NCBI GenBank assembly: GCA_963693365.1
Contig: CAVNZM010000017.1
Location: 3,329,375-3,393,374, forward strand
Reading direction: 5' to 3'
Origin: Amoebidium appalachense
Lineage: Eukaryota; Protista; Ichthyosporea
DNA length: 64,000 nt
The position numbers were made by a program, and so were the translations under genes. Below are positions 48,629 to 62,274 of the stretch, piece after piece. Each line of letters begins with the position of its first letter. Positions within the stretch are counted from its first letter, which is position 1. Below the pieces are notes generated by a model that saw only the letters and a program-made list of their open reading frames with translations, was not told the DNA's origin and ran no database searches.

Positions 48629-51005
48629 GGATGAATGGTTCGTTTGATTTTTACATAAAACAAGTGAAGATTTGGAATAGGTTTTGTTGCCAAGATATTT
48701 GAATGAGGGGTGTACACGTATGGGTTATGTCTAGCGATCTATTTGTGGAAAGGTGTGTATTATGTGAAAAGAAATCATAATTGCAATTACAAGAGCTCTG
48801 TGCTGGTCAGTTTGTGGTTGGGAGCTAGGCATCTGCAAATCAGTCTTTGCGACTGGGTATCAACTATACTGTGTTTCGAATGTTTATTGGTGTCTCGCTG
48901 GGGCTCAAGATTATGAAGAGCTAAGCAGAATAAATCAATACATGGATGTGTTTGCTGGGATAACTAGTAATGCGAGTATGATTCATCCACCCATCCATTG
49001 ATCCCTCCCTCCCTCCCTCCCCCTCCCCCTCCCCCCCCCCCCCCCCCCCCCCCGCCCGCGGCTGCGCACGTGGAAGCTGCTATACAAAAAAGCTCCACGA
49101 TATCACTCATTGCACAGGAATTCATTATGTTACTTGCGGAGTTGTATCTACCCCCCCTCCCCGCCCTCCCTTCCCGCCCCCATACACACACACAAACACA
49201 CAAAACCTTTCTTCTTCCTCTCTTTTCTCTATTTTACTGCTTTTCCCTCGTCTCTTTTCTCAATTTTACTGCTTTTCTTCCCTCGATGGATTTTCAACGA
49301 TTGAGTGTATCAGCAGGAGTAGTTCTGTTAATGATCGGGTTCTATTTGTGTAGAGGAAGGGGCGGATGTAAGTGGGGGTGGGGGTGGGGTGGGGGGGGGA
49401 GACCCTGCTCGGCTTGTGAAATGACTAGAGAGAACAGGGTGTGTGTGTTCGTCAGAGGAAGGAGGGAGGGAGGGGGGGGGGGGGGGGGGGGGGGGGGGAC
49501 AGTTGGCAGTTTGCCAAATCTCGACAACTCATAACACAGAAAATGACATAGTTGCTTTATTTGGAACTTTCTGTTGGCCAGAAGAAACAACAAGGCTGCT
49601 TGCTTCACGCACGGGATGGCAGAGAGGAAAGGGGGGGGGGAAGGGGAGGGGGAAGGAAGGCGGTGGGAGGGGGAGAGAGGGGAAGGGGGGGAGACGGAGA
49701 GAAGGGAGGAAGGTGAGGGGAGGGGGGGGAGAGGGGAGGGGGGAGGCGGAGAGAAGGGGGGAAGGCGAGGGGAGGGGGGAGGCGGAGACCAATGGATGGA
49801 TGGAACTGATGCATGCTTGTGTGTGTGTATGTGGAGGGGGAGGGAAAGGATGAGCTTGGATGTGAGGGGAAGTGAGAAGAAAATCAGAAAGGGGCTTCAA
49901 GCACGAGGGGATGCAGAAAGAAGGAGGGAGGAGGGTTTATCTTTGACCTATTGCCAACTACAACGTCGAGCCTTGCCATAAGAAGAAATATGTAACGGAG
50001 TCTGACGGGCCTGTGTATCTGGGGAAATTTGAAAAGTGTGCCAATAGAGTGTTGTTTTAAGAACAGCACAGCTCTGTCACTTTGACGCTAGACAAAACAA
50101 GTGCATCTAGAAGATCTCAACAGAAAACGACCAAAAGTCGCCCACACAACAGAGCGACCGGGCAGGAGAGGATCTGAGGAATCAGAAACAGGGACACTAT
50201 ATAGGAGTAGTGAAGCTGGTAGAGACAGAGACGAAGACCATAAGCGGAAAAGGGGAAAGAGGAAAGAAAGGTATCACAACACTCCACACCTTGGCACTGC
50301 CATGGGCAACCCTTCCGGATGCTGCCCATTGAAAAACACGTACATCAAACCAAAGGGGGCACGACCAACCTTTTAGTGGGAACATAGCTAATAGGGATCA
50401 TAGCTACTAACCTGACGCTTGGTGTCGAGGATGCAGATCGAATCGGGGTTTTAGCGATGGGAAATAGCATCAGCAAGTGTTGTGGGACTTAGAACTAGGC
50501 CGTGCAACCCGATGTTGTATGCACAATGACTGCCGATGCACAAGGGGTACATTTCCAACTAAACAAAGCAACAGCTGAAAAACGCACAGCCAAAGTGTGT
50601 TGATGATTTCTGCTAGTATAATCACAGTAAATATGGACGTCAAGAAAAATACAGACTACCATCATGTAGTGTAAGGTGATGGGCTGCCACATGGGCTGAT
50701 GGTCATGGGGCAAACTGCAACAAGTGAACACGGATGGCCATGGAAGCCTGGAAAACAAAACCTGCGCTCTAAAGCTCGTGCTAAAATATATGGTGCACTT
50801 ATAAGTTTGTACTTAAAAAAAACCAAGACTTGACCTAAGAATGTGTGGTAGAGTTCTAGAACATGTGAACACACACCACAGTCACAACACGAGCACTGCG
50901 CAAAAGAAGTTAACGTGTGGCCTTTTTTTTTGAATTTTTCGAGAGCCTTGCAAGACTGAGTGGCCAAATTTGGATGTTGTAGTTACAGTTGTACAACGTA
51001 GGCGG

Positions 51006-51068
51006 TGACGTCAAGCCTGCGCTGATTGGTGGAATAGAGCCCTTGTGTGTTTATGCACTGACCAATCA
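51006..51068. promoter_or_regulatory. CRE palindrome (TGACGTCA) plus two opposed CCAAT boxes upstream of the peroxiredoxin
   Basis: TGACGTCA 51006-51013, CTGATTGG 51022-51029, GACCAATCA 51060-51068; about 650 bp upstream of the ATG. Confidence 0.45.
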
Positions 51069-51699
51069 TTGTACGGCAGGGTTTTGGCCTTGTCGGCGAC
51101 TCGGCGGCCCCGCACGAGTCACCGGCTGTCCGACTTTCACTCGGTCTGAGCATGGGACACTATGGCCGAAAAAGAGATTTTTAATAGTAGAAGAAACGAG
51201 TAAAACATAAGAAAATTCAATTATATGGTCAGAAACATTTTGGTTCTTAGAAGCATGCGTTGCGCAGAATGCAAGAGCACATCATGAAAAGATCTGGCGG
51301 GGATTCAGGAAACTTCAAACTTTGGTCCCTTCTTCTGAGACGTGATATGTATCCAATCATTGAAGCTAATGGGATTGTATGACTATCCTTTTTTGGTTGA
51401 GCGCTGCAAATATCACGTTCCTATATTGGTTTCCAGTAAATTTCCTAGAACTTATATATCTAGCAGCTGTAATATTTTGCTTTGTATGCGTTTAAATACA
51501 TATTTTAAGTCTACTTTAAAACAAAAACACCTATTTTACATCTCAAACAAGCGCTTTTTTTATCTCCAGGCATTGGCTCCAATAGTGCATGGTTTTGCAC
51601 TTGCTCTCAGAAAATGCGGGTATAAAAACCACCGCCATGTGGGTAGAGTCCTCAGTTTTTCCAGTCTTGAACACGTTCGTTGTTTTTTATTCTTCCACC

Positions 51700-54072
51700 A
51701 TGTCTAAGGCACAGATCCAGAAGCCCGCGCCCGAGTTCGAGGCCGAGGCTGTCGTGAACGGCGAGTTCAAGACCGTTAAGCTGTCGGACTACCGCGGCAA
51801 ATACGTCGTGTTCTTCTTCTACCCCCTGGACTTGTACGTGTTCCCTTCTACGGTTTTTATCCTTCACTTTTCTTTCCCCCTTCCCCTCGTTGCACACACG
51901 TGTGGGGCTCACTTCAGGTATCCATATAGCAGTAGAGCAGTTTCAGAGGGTGTGAATGGAAAAGAGCAAACCTCATGGCTAGAGGCATATGTATTGTGAG
52001 AATTTCTTGTAGATTTTGACCTATTGGTGCCTGCTAGGCAAGGGTGTCAAATATGGTCGCATTGTGGGTTGTGGTTTTTGACACAACTCTCGCCCTTCTC
52101 CCTCCACAGCACCTTCGTGTGCCCCACGGAAATCATTGCCTTCGGCGACCGCGCTGAGGAGTTCCGCGCCATTGGCTGCGAGGTGGGTGCCTGTTCTTCT
52201 TTTTCTCTGCAGTGGTGAAAGTATTGTTTGCGCTTGAGCCGTCGTAAGGGTGCATGTGGCCGTGCTCTAGGAACAAGGGCAAACTATAGACTCGTGTTTG
52301 GGACAAGGGCAACCGATAGACAATGTGTGGCGTTTGGAGTGACGTGGATGTGGGCGAAGATAAAATTTCAAAAAAATGACGTTGTGTTGGGCCGAAGGTT
52401 GAGTGGAAGGCGCTTGGGTGTACACTGTGTGTAAATGGAAGGGACATCTGTTTACATATATGGTTATGGGCGGAGAGAGGGAGGGAGGGGGGGGGGGGGT
52501 TGGTGTGTGTGAAGAATTGAAAAGAGGGAGGTGTTGGGTCGACGTTTGAGTATATACGAGGGCAGTTAAGGTCGTAGGGCTGGGGGGGGGGAGGGGGGAG
52601 GGAGGAAGGGGGGACGAACACGGGGAGAGTTGTGGGACAAAGAATAATGCTTTGTGTGGATTCTATGTTATGTTATGCCGTTTTGCTCCCGAAGGGCCCC
52701 TTAGGGGTCCCTCATGGGAACTACCGTCTTCCACTAAATCACCGACTGTAGCTAGGGTGTTTTGTGCATGTTGCTGACTGTGTGTGGTTGCTTGCAGGTT
52801 CTTGCATGCAGCGTGGACTCCAAGTTCAGCCACTTTGCGTGGATCAATACCCCCCGCAAGCAGGGTGGCCTTGGGGAGATGAAGATCCCCCTGGTTGCCG
52901 ATCTGACCAAGCAGATTGCTAAGGATTACGGTGTGCTCCTCGATGATGGTGTTGCTCTTCGGTAAATATCTACCCTTTACCCCCCACCCCTCCCTCCGTG
53001 ACTGTGATTCTTGGCTTACAGCTCGTTCCGAGGGGGGGGGGGGGGGGCAACCCCTGTCGATCCAATTGCCCCATGGTGCTCCCTCCTCCTCCTCCCGTTC
53101 CGCATTCAAAACCCCCTCCCCCGGCTCCTCTGGGAGCCCTGCCCATCCCTCTCCTTGTTTCCCCTAGCCCGCCATCCCCCGTTTTCTCCTACTTTGTCTA
53201 CCCTTCCCTGCACACCCATACCTCAGATTATCCCACCCGACCACCACCCACCCACCACCTCCCTTTTCCAGAACACACATGCAACATACATCTTCTTTCC
53301 TTCCCATCGAGTTGCCCTCCTTACTTATCATTACCCCCCCCCCCCCCCCCCCCCCCCACCCCCCCCCCCCCTAGTGGTCTTTTCATCATCGACGATAAGG
53401 GCATCCTCCGTCAGATGACCATCAACGATCTGCCCGTTGGCCGTGATGTCGATGAGACTCTGCGCCTGGTCCAGGCCTTCCAGTACACCGACAAGCACGG
53501 AGAGGGTGTGTACTCCTGAATACCTATGCCCTCTCCCCTGCCCCCCTCCCCCCCCCCCCCCCCGCCCATCCTCTTGCCGTGCATACACACACACATGCAA
53601 ATGCTAACACAATGCACCTGCATCTCCACATCCTCCCCCTCCCCTTCCCCCCGGCCCCTGCCAATCACCACCCACGGTCAGCGCACACACAGGCACATAC
53701 GAGAAGCATAGGTGCCCACAGTGCACATTGCAAACCTTAATGCACACATCCTTCTCCCCCCACCCCACCCCAACCTCCTCTTCCTGTTCTGCCATCTGCG
53801 TTTGCACCGACCTCCCCTCCACCCCCCTGCCGCTGCCTCTGCCTCTTAGCTCCTGCACACTCTTGAACCCATATATACGGCTATATGCACCTTGCTTCTT
53901 GCATCCATTGATGGAGCCGAGTCTACGTACTGTTTGCACCCACCATTATATGCCCTCAGTTCACTAATCTGTTGTTTTGCCTGCAGTGTGCCCGGCTGGC
54001 TGGAAGCCCGGCAAGGCCACGATCAAGCCCGGTGTTGCCGAGAGCAAGGAGTACTTTGCTGCCAACCAGTAG
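51700..54072 (+). CDS. PRDX1: Typical 2-Cys peroxiredoxin (Prx1/AhpC-TSA subfamily), cytosolic, 195 aa
   Basis: Five phase-consistent exons: 51700-51833, 52110-52182, 52798-52961, 53375-53505, 53987-54072. Motifs: [78 protein letters not shown]. Symbol denotes PRDX1/2-like. Confidence 0.97.
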
Positions 54073-54896
54073 AGCCCCCACACATATTGCGTATGGTTGA
54101 TTTGTGAATGTTGAATGATGAGATGCTGGCCTGGTGCCGGCATGTAACCCCACCGAATTAATAATCATATACTGGACCGGCTGGTTTACGGTCTAACAGA
54201 CTGACACATTTTGAGCTTATGTGCCGGCGGAGTGACTGGCATTTTACTGTGGATTTGGCTTGCACCCTTATATTATTGTGTGTGTGTGGGGGGGGGGGGG
54301 GGGGGGCAAGAATATGGGTATTATCAGCGGGTGTTGATTCTCCTACAAAAAAAAAAGAGGGTGCTGTGGATATCGTTCCGGTGATTTGTAATTGAAGGAT
54401 GTTGGCTGAAAAAGAACAAGGTACGGGTTCGCAGAAGAGTGCAGAACAAGGTGATCTATAATGCTGGGACTTGGGCAAGTTGGCACTTTGGCAGGTCCCC
54501 ATACCGAGATAATTGATCTCGAGATTATGTCCACGTTGTAGGCACGGGTTGTTGAAAGACGTAATAGAGAGCGGGCAGGGCTTGGAGGCCGAGAGAGAGA
54601 GGGGCGGACGGGGGGGGGGGGGGGGGGAGTTCCCGCACTGGCCCATCATCTGCGGTGTGTGTGGGTTGGGGCGGGGGGGGGGGGAGGTGTGTGTGTGTGG
54701 GTTGGGGGGGAGAAGGTGTGTGTGTGTCTCTGTGGGGGGGGGAGATGTGTCTGTTTGGGTTGGGGGCCCGGGGGGGGGGGGGGGGGGGAGGAGAGTTCCC
54801 ACACTGGCCTATCTGTGTGTGTGTGGGTTGGGGAGGGGAGGGAAGTTAGGTGTGTGTAATACTGCAGCTTGCACCGTCACTAGTACCCGGGGAACC

Positions 54897-55037
54897 CTCA
54901 CAGCCACTGCCCCTTTTAGCATGACACGTGTTTCTTTGTGTGTGGGACCCCACCGTGTCTCTCAGTCTGTGCGCTCTGACTGGCCTGTGTGTGCTGTTTG
55001 TGCTTGCTGTCAACAGAATGCGATTGGTTGCTTGGCA
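54897..55037. repeat. Copy 1 of a diverged direct repeat of about 140 bp
   Basis: Aligns with 56221-56361 (CTCACAGCCAC...TTTCTTTGTGTGTGGGA...CAGTCTGTG.GCTCTGACTGGCCTGTGTG.GCTGTTTGTG.TTGCTGTCAACAG...GCGATTGGTT). Confidence 0.85.
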
Positions 55038-55531
55038 GCATTACAGCAGAAAAACAATGTTAAGTCACTCAGTTAATGCCTGCAGATTTACATGTGTTCT
55101 TGCTACATACAACATTTTGTTTCTTTTTGTTCTCTTTTCACTTTGTTTCTAAGGCCACCGTCTTTCACTCGGATCTGCCTAACAGTATCGTGACCCCGGG
55201 CAGATACAACTAGTAATCATTGAGTCAGAACATTAATGCAATATGATACAAGTTTCTACCTTAATATAGCATCGGGGACATTCGAAGTATTGAAAAATGT
55301 ACTCTATCAATGTGAAATGAAAGAACCGTAGTATGATTAGCAAGTCAATCGCTAATGATTAATGGCAAGGAAGGAAGTTGGGGGGGAGGGTGGGAGGGAA
55401 GGAGGCGTAGGGGTTGGGAGGAAGGGGGGGGGGGGGGGGGGGGGGGGAGGGGGGGGGGATGAAGTTTGGACCAGTAGTGTTTAAAAGACGAAGTGATGAT
55501 GGGATGTGTGTGTGTGTGTGTTTGTGTGTTT

Positions 55532-55606
<75 letters not shown>

Positions 55607-56220
55607 TGTGTGCGTGTGCGCGCGCGCGTGTGTGTGCGTGTGTGCGTGCGGGCGGGCGGGGGGGAGGGGAGGGGGAGCCGGGAGGCCCGGGAAATGTAGG
55701 CATTTTCACCTGCAGCTCCGGCTACAGTGGGATTGCACAATAATCTAACTTAAACGTTAAAGCAGATGCAACCCGGCCGGGGTGATACACACACCGTGAC
55801 GAGCTCTCATACACTTAACCCATTGAATTTTAAAACCGTTGAAAATATCTGGTAATTATTTTACCCTTGGCTCCTGTACAGGTAAGTATTGTGCATCTAG
55901 TCAAGTTGTGTTAAAACCTAGTTTACTTTAGCAACATTTATGGGACAACCGGGAAGGCGGTTTGTCAGCCTGCTGAGCAGCCGCACGGTTACATGCATGA
56001 GTGCATGCAAGTGGCAAAATGTAAAGTTGCCCAGAATAACACACAGTATGTGCAATACTAATGTAAGGTTGCATCGACATTTGATTGTGAGATGGATTAC
56101 ATAGGGGCCTACCTAGTGATCGGTTAACGTGCATCACACACAGGCGCGTATAGCTGGATAAAGCCATAGGCCGGCCTGGGCCCCAGGCGACGTGTTATGG
56201 AATTGAATGAAATATACCCT

Positions 56221-56361
56221 CTCACAGCCACAACCGTTCTCGGGCTGTCGCGTATTTCTTTGTGTGTGGGATCCCGCCATGTTTCCCAGTCTGTGTGCTC
56301 TGACTGGCCTGTGTGCGCTGTTTGTGTTTGCTGTCAACAGGTCGCGATTGGTTTGCTGGCA
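56221..56361. repeat. Copy 2 of the diverged direct repeat
   Basis: 1324 bp downstream of copy 1, same orientation. Confidence 0.85.
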
Positions 56362-56941
56362 AACCGTCGTAGTACAGTGGGTAAACAAGGTGTAGTCAAG
56401 TAAACTGATGTCACGGTCTGCATATGGATATGGGCACGGCTGAAAACCTTGAAATTTGCACTGTGTCAATATTCAAAAGGAAAATGAACGAAGGAACGTC
56501 CAGCACGTCAATCACTTGTGGTTCTTAGGCAGTCTTTGTTTAGCTGTTGAATCGTGATCACATCATGAGTCAGAAGGGGGAGCGTGTATGCGAGTGAAAA
56601 CGAGTTCGCCCAAACGAATTCCGAGAGAGAAGAGAGAGAGAAAGACATATGTATGGGGATTGCAGTAGTAATTAGTATTGAAAGTTTTCTTTTTTTCCCC
56701 TTCCTTTTGTCGTTCGTTTTGGTTTGATCTTTATTTTGTCATTTTCTGTTTTCATTTTTTTTTTTCTTTTGGGGGAGAGTGGCGGGAGAGGTGGGGGTGC
56801 AGGGGGGGGGGGGGGGGGAGGAGGGGGGGAGGGGGGGGGGGGAGGGGGGGGGGGGGGGGGGGACACTGTGAAGAGTTCTTCCGGCGGCCACTTGTTTTCG
56901 AGACTCCCGGCATTAAGTAACGGGAGGGGGAGAGGGAGGAG

Positions 56942-56981
<40 letters not shown>

Positions 56982-57093
56982 CTAATGGGGGGGTGGAGGG
57001 GGATGCAGAGACACTCAAAAATTATGCTGCCTCTTCCAATATAGAGAGGTAGAGAGCTTGACCCGAAGGCACAGGTTGCATTTGACAGGCCTT

Positions 57094-57136
<43 letters not shown>

Positions 57137-57200
57137 TTTTTTTTTTTTTTGGTGGTGTTGGTGGCGTTGGTGGTGTTGGTCGTGGTGGTGGTGGGTGGGT

Positions 57201-57231
<31 letters not shown>

Positions 57232-57595
57232 GGGGTATGGCTTTGCATTTTTGAACATGGCCAAGATTCTTTATGCCACAGAAGGTTGTTATTTCAGCAT
57301 CAAATAGGGTGACCACTTGGCTTCAGAGGCTCCCAATCAGGAGAAAAAACGCAGTATCTGGGATGCAGGCTAATAGCCATTGGCTTGGCAGGTCACCGAA
57401 GATATCTGCCCCCAGCCCCGTTAATCCTGTGAACAGCCACTGTTAATTAAAGTTGATTATGGAACGTTAAGTATCACCACAAGATTATTCTAGGAGTGTT
57501 TTTGCAGTGGTGCGGTCGCAGGGCCGGTGCAGAGCCTTTTTTTGGCTCCCTTGAAGCTGTAATTCGTTTTCTTCTTGCGCTCGTTTAACCTTTTT

Positions 57596-57628
<33 letters not shown>

Positions 57629-58107
57629 TGGGAATTGGGGAGGCCATGATGGGAGGGGAAAAGAGGAAGATTAAGTTAGAAAGGAGTTCAGAGTGCATTC
57701 CTGTACATGTGCCCTCGAGCTCCCCCCCCCCCCCCCCCCCCCCCCCCCTCCTCTCCCCCCCCCAAACAACAACTCCAACCCTCCCTTTCTCCCCCCCTCC
57801 CCCGCCCCTCCCTCTCCCCTCCCCCCGCCCCCTACCTCCTCCTGCCCCCCTCCCCTCCTCCCTGCCCCCTTTCCGGCTGCCCTGTTGCTAGGTCCCTAGC
57901 ATCCGTTCCGCTTCAGAATCTCTCAAGTTGCTGCTAGTCACCGTGCTGGTGGGTTGTGAAAGCACGAATTTTCATTTGAAGACAGGACAACTTCAACATA
58001 TTTGACTTAGATTAGCATGAAAACAAAGAGAACACCAAATCTGCACAAATATTATCAGGTTCGCTAATGTAGCAACACCATGTGCTTGTACGTGTGTGTG
58101 TGTAAGT

Positions 58108-58161
<54 letters not shown>

Positions 58162-58268
58162 TGCGTGCGTGCGTGCGTGCGTGTGTGCGTGTGTGTGCGC
58201 GCATGCACTTTTAAAAGTTTTTTGGTTCCGGGAAAGTATGGTTGCAAGACGACTGAGCACGGGAAAAC

Positions 58269-61200
58269 TCACCAGGTCGGGACATAATAGGAAGGATTGA
58301 CAGATTGAGAGCTACATTCCATATATACTGAGGTATTACGCACGGGGCCTGGGATGGAGAGCCCTCCCCTCCCCCCCTCCCCCCCCCCCCCCCCCCAAGT
58401 GCTTGGGTCCTGCCCGTACAGCCGGTTGATGAACACTGCGGCCCCCTCTGCCTGCACGGCCCACCACAGAAACAGGTTGTCATGGTCGTCCGCATCGATG
58501 GGGTAGATGTCCAGCAGGCGCAGCGCCAGGCCCACATACCCCTTCTGCAGCGCCCACGCAACCAAAAACGTGCCGTCCCACGTGACCCCACTGTCCGTAG
58601 GCCGCAGGGCCCTGGTTCGGTCCTGCTGCCGAATCCACGCGCCAAACAGCGTGTTACCCTCCGGCCTGGCAATGGCCTCAAGGGCATCCACTGCACCGGC
58701 AGGGAGGGGCCCAGGCTCTGCCCAGCATGTACCCAGCAGATACTGCAGCACACGGTAGAAGGCTTGGTCGCAGCACACGTCGTTCATGGTTGCCTGCAGG
58801 GCGCCTGCAAGGGCCGCCGTGCTGCATTGGGCCAGAAAGGATTTCCCTTTGGCAGTGCTGCTGGCCCACATGGCTGCTAGGACTGTGTGGGGGTGCACGG
58901 GGTCGCTACTGCTCAGGGTGGAAATCAAAAGGTCAAACACCTGCCGGTAGAGGGAGGGAAACAACACATGGAAGGCACCCAGCGCCCTGCGTGCAAGCAC
59001 CTGCCGGTCCCCACCAGCCACCCAGTCCATGATGGGCGGCACACAGGGCCTTCCTTGGTCGGTCGTGGGCTGGCCAAAGACGAAGCTTTGCACGTAGTCC
59101 TCGTAGCATTCATCCACAGGCACCAGAGAACTAGTGACCCTCAGCAGCTCTGCCTGGCGGTGGCCCAGTGCCGTGTGGGCCACAGTCACCAGCCGGCCCA
59201 CAAGCAGTGCCCTGTCTGTGGCCGTATGCTGGCCTGCATCCACATGGGCATCACACAGGGCACACAGCAGGGGCATGAGGTGCGCCCCAGTGGGGGCAGT
59301 TGACTGCTGCCCTACGTGTCTCCTTCTTGCTGGCTGCGGCAATGGCAAACAGCACCCGCATGTGCAGGTCTGGTGGTGCATGTTGCACCTGTTTGCTGCT
59401 GTCGAGCAGTGCCTTGGCCTCGTGCCACAACGTCACCCCGTGCAGGACCACTGCCAGCAGGTTGCAGGGCACATGCTGCAGGGCCAGCCACGTGGCCTGC
59501 CACCACTCTGCCGCCTGTGTGCCCACATACTTGCCACCTTGCTTGGCCGTGGGGTGGTGCAGCAGCAGGCACATGCGGTCTGCTGTGCCCAGGCCCTCAC
59601 CGTACCTGTCGAGGAGCATGCCGGCCAGTGCCCAGTTGCCTGCGCCAGTGCACAGCCTCAGAGCCACACCCAGCACCGCCTGCTGCGTGAACTGGCCCTC
59701 AGGCTGCCTCCACATTGCCTCCAGCTGCAGCAGTAGGGCCGAGGGGGGCCTGACCGAACAAACAATGTCTGCAACCTGCTCGTGCAGCTGCACCACCGGG
59801 AGCCAAGTCCAGCGCCCACCACAGACACCAAACCCACCGGACTGGCCACCAGCACGGCCAGGCACTCGCCCACCGCAGCGTCGCCAAGGGGCCACTCAAT
59901 GGACCTGTATCGCCGCCGGAGCTCGCTTGAGCTGGTCGTGAAGTAAGCCTCTGCAGGGACACCACGGTTCAGCTGGTAGGGCTCCCAGACCAGGACCTGG
60001 TCGTCCATGTAGCGGGGCATGGCCACTGCGCGCTGCATGGCCCAGCCAAACACACTGGGCCGCTGCAGCAGGTCCTGCAGGGTGGCAGCATGCCTGGCCC
60101 TCAGCACGTGCAGGGCCAGCAACAAACACACCTCCTCCACCCTCTGCCTGCGCCCTGCAGAGAAGTCGTAGTCTGTGGGCAGCATGGATGACACCGTGCA
60201 GCCCTCAGGGCCCTGTAGCCGGGCCGCTATGTCCACCTCCAGCAGGGGCACCAACTGGCCCACTATGTCCCACAGCCTATTGGCTGCCACCCTCTCCAGC
60301 ACCCCCACCCCTAGCTCCAGCCGGTGGGGATGTGGTGCCCGCCCGCTCGGAGAGAGAAACGGGAGGAAGGTGTGCAGGGTGCCAAACACCACGGCCAGGT
60401 CCAGCACCATTGCCCAGTGCATGAAGCAGGCACCTGTTGCACCCACGAGGTCCGGGTCTGTGCTGGTGGCCAGGCTGTCCAGGCCGCAGGCAGCAGCCAC
60501 CAGGGCAAGGAGCATCTTGCACCGGCGCCAGGACTGGTCGGGGCCCTGCAGAATGTGCTGGAGCAGGGGGCGGGCCCCGTGGCTGCTGGTGGCCTGGGCT
60601 GCCCTGAAAAGCACAGGGGCAGAGACGGGCCAGGACCGGGTGCTCACCCTCACAAGTGTGCTTGCCCGCAGGGCACGGTCAAGGGCACACACGGATGTGG
60701 GTGCGTCGGCCAGAAGGCCACACAGCACCCCTGGGGCGTCGGTGCTGGGAGCCGCCACGTACCGGGGCAGGGGCAGCACGGTGCGGCCAAACAGGGCCTC
60801 GTACCTCAACATGCCCATTGCATTGTCATGGTCACGGGACTCGACCTCTGCAAGCAGGGTCTGCAGCTGGGCGGCAGTGAAGGCAAAGGCGGTGTCGACC
60901 CTTTCCAGGGTCAGGCCAAAGTACTCTAAGTCCCACTCGGCCTGCCAGTGTTGGTGCCAGCCATACAGCCCAGGCAGCCGCACCTGCTGGCCTGCCAGGC
61001 CGGTGAACTGCAGCACGGGGAAGACAGCAAGCACAGGCCCGCGGTTGAAGTGGAGGGAAGGGTGGCGCACCCGGCAGAGGTAAAACACGGGCGGTGGGTG
61101 GCTGCTGCCCGTGGCCTCTGGCTGCAGCAGGCCCATGCCCTGGGCAGGCGGGAACAGGGCACAGAGGTCCTTGTGGCCGTATGAGAGGGCACACAGGGCG

Positions 61201-61610
61201 GCCATGTTCAGGGTGCGTGGAGCAAACACCACCCGGTCAAGCAGCAACCCCACCACGTCCAGGTAGCCCCGCCCACAGGCCACAAACAGTAGCGCCTCGA
61301 ACGTGTGCGCCGGCACGGCCCAGGGCTGGGCTGTGTGGGCGGCTATGCGCAGCAGCAGCCGGTCTACCAGAGCCAGCACCCTCTTCTCGGTCCAGCACGG
61401 GTGTGTGTTCCAGGCCGCAACAAGCCCATGCAGTGCGCGGTCAAGCAGAGCGGCACGAGCTGCCGTGTGGAACTGGCGGCACGTGAGACGCACGGCAGAG
61501 AGCGTGGGGTCATGGACGGCGCAGTGCACAAACACAAGTGCAAGTACCTCGGTGGGGAGACACAGAATGGGGCTGTGCTCAGGAGGGTCTAGGATCATCA
61601 GAACAGCCAT
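58269..61610 (-). CDS. F-box-like plus ankyrin-like repeat protein, about 1110 codons, apparently intronless, broken by two compensating frame changes (assembly error, pseudogene or tiny introns)
   Basis: ORFs 61610-59658, 59895-59251 and 59381-58269 overlap. N-terminal PILCLPTEVLALVFVHC...LSAVRLTCRQFH is F-box-like; ALLFVACGRGYLDVVGLLLDR, ALSYGHKDLC and WALQKGYVGLALRLL...DNLFLWWA are ankyrin-like. GC-rich and free of microsatellites for 3.2 kb. Confidence 0.75.
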
Positions 61611-61862
61611 TGTTTGTGTTCGTTACCAAACTAAACAGAAAAACGGATGGTGCAACGCAGCTACGTCATGAGGTGTATACGACGGCAAGAGTGCACAGTA
61701 TGACACTACAAAAACAGCGTCACTGTGGTACACATCTCACACGTACTGACGGTGTGCACGCGCTGCGATGAACTTTACGTTCGCTGCAGTCCGATTTTTC
61801 CTTACACTCTCGCGACCGCGTGCATGCTTTCTGTCGCGGCGCCTCGACGGTTCGATAGAGTC

Positions 61863-61974
61863 CAGTGTTCGCTGAATGTGTAAGGAAAAATAAGGAGCCA
61901 TCTCAGTAGTTGGCAGTGTTCGCTGAATGTGTAAGGAAAAATAAGGAGCCATCTCAGTAGGTGGCAGTGTTCGC
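61863..61974. repeat. 51-bp tandem duplication upstream of the F-box/ankyrin gene
   Basis: Units start at 61863 and 61914, with a partial third at 61965; one mismatch. Confidence 0.9.
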
Positions 61975-62242
61975 AGTAGCTGGCAGGGTACACAGAGGAT
62001 CGAAGATGACCATGCATCACAGATGACGATACCCGAAGCGTGAAGTTCAGGCGTGGCCACTCGCCACTTCTTCTTGAGCTCACAAAGACTGCAAATAATC
62101 AGCGATCGAGGTATGGTGAGGTGCATCAAAAATCTTAAAATTAGTTAGGGAAGTTGAAATAAGTAAACAAACAAGAAAAAAGAAAGAAAGAAAAACGAGC
62201 AACGTGGACTGCGTTATCTCGCCCCGGGTCCCCCAACTTTGA

Positions 62243-62274
<32 letters not shown>

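Noticed and set aside
55816-57946. Lone piggyBac-like (TTAACCCATTG, about 55816) and hAT-like (TAGGGTGACCA, about 57305; CAGGGCCGG, about 57519) termini
   Set aside because: No convincing partner terminus or target-site duplication found.
59381-59660. TGA read-through or selenocysteine joining the first and third F-box/ankyrin ORFs, which share a frame
   Set aside because: The intervening in-frame translation is C/W/R-rich and unprotein-like, while the shifted frame is Leu/Ala-rich and ankyrin-like; frame changes explain it better.
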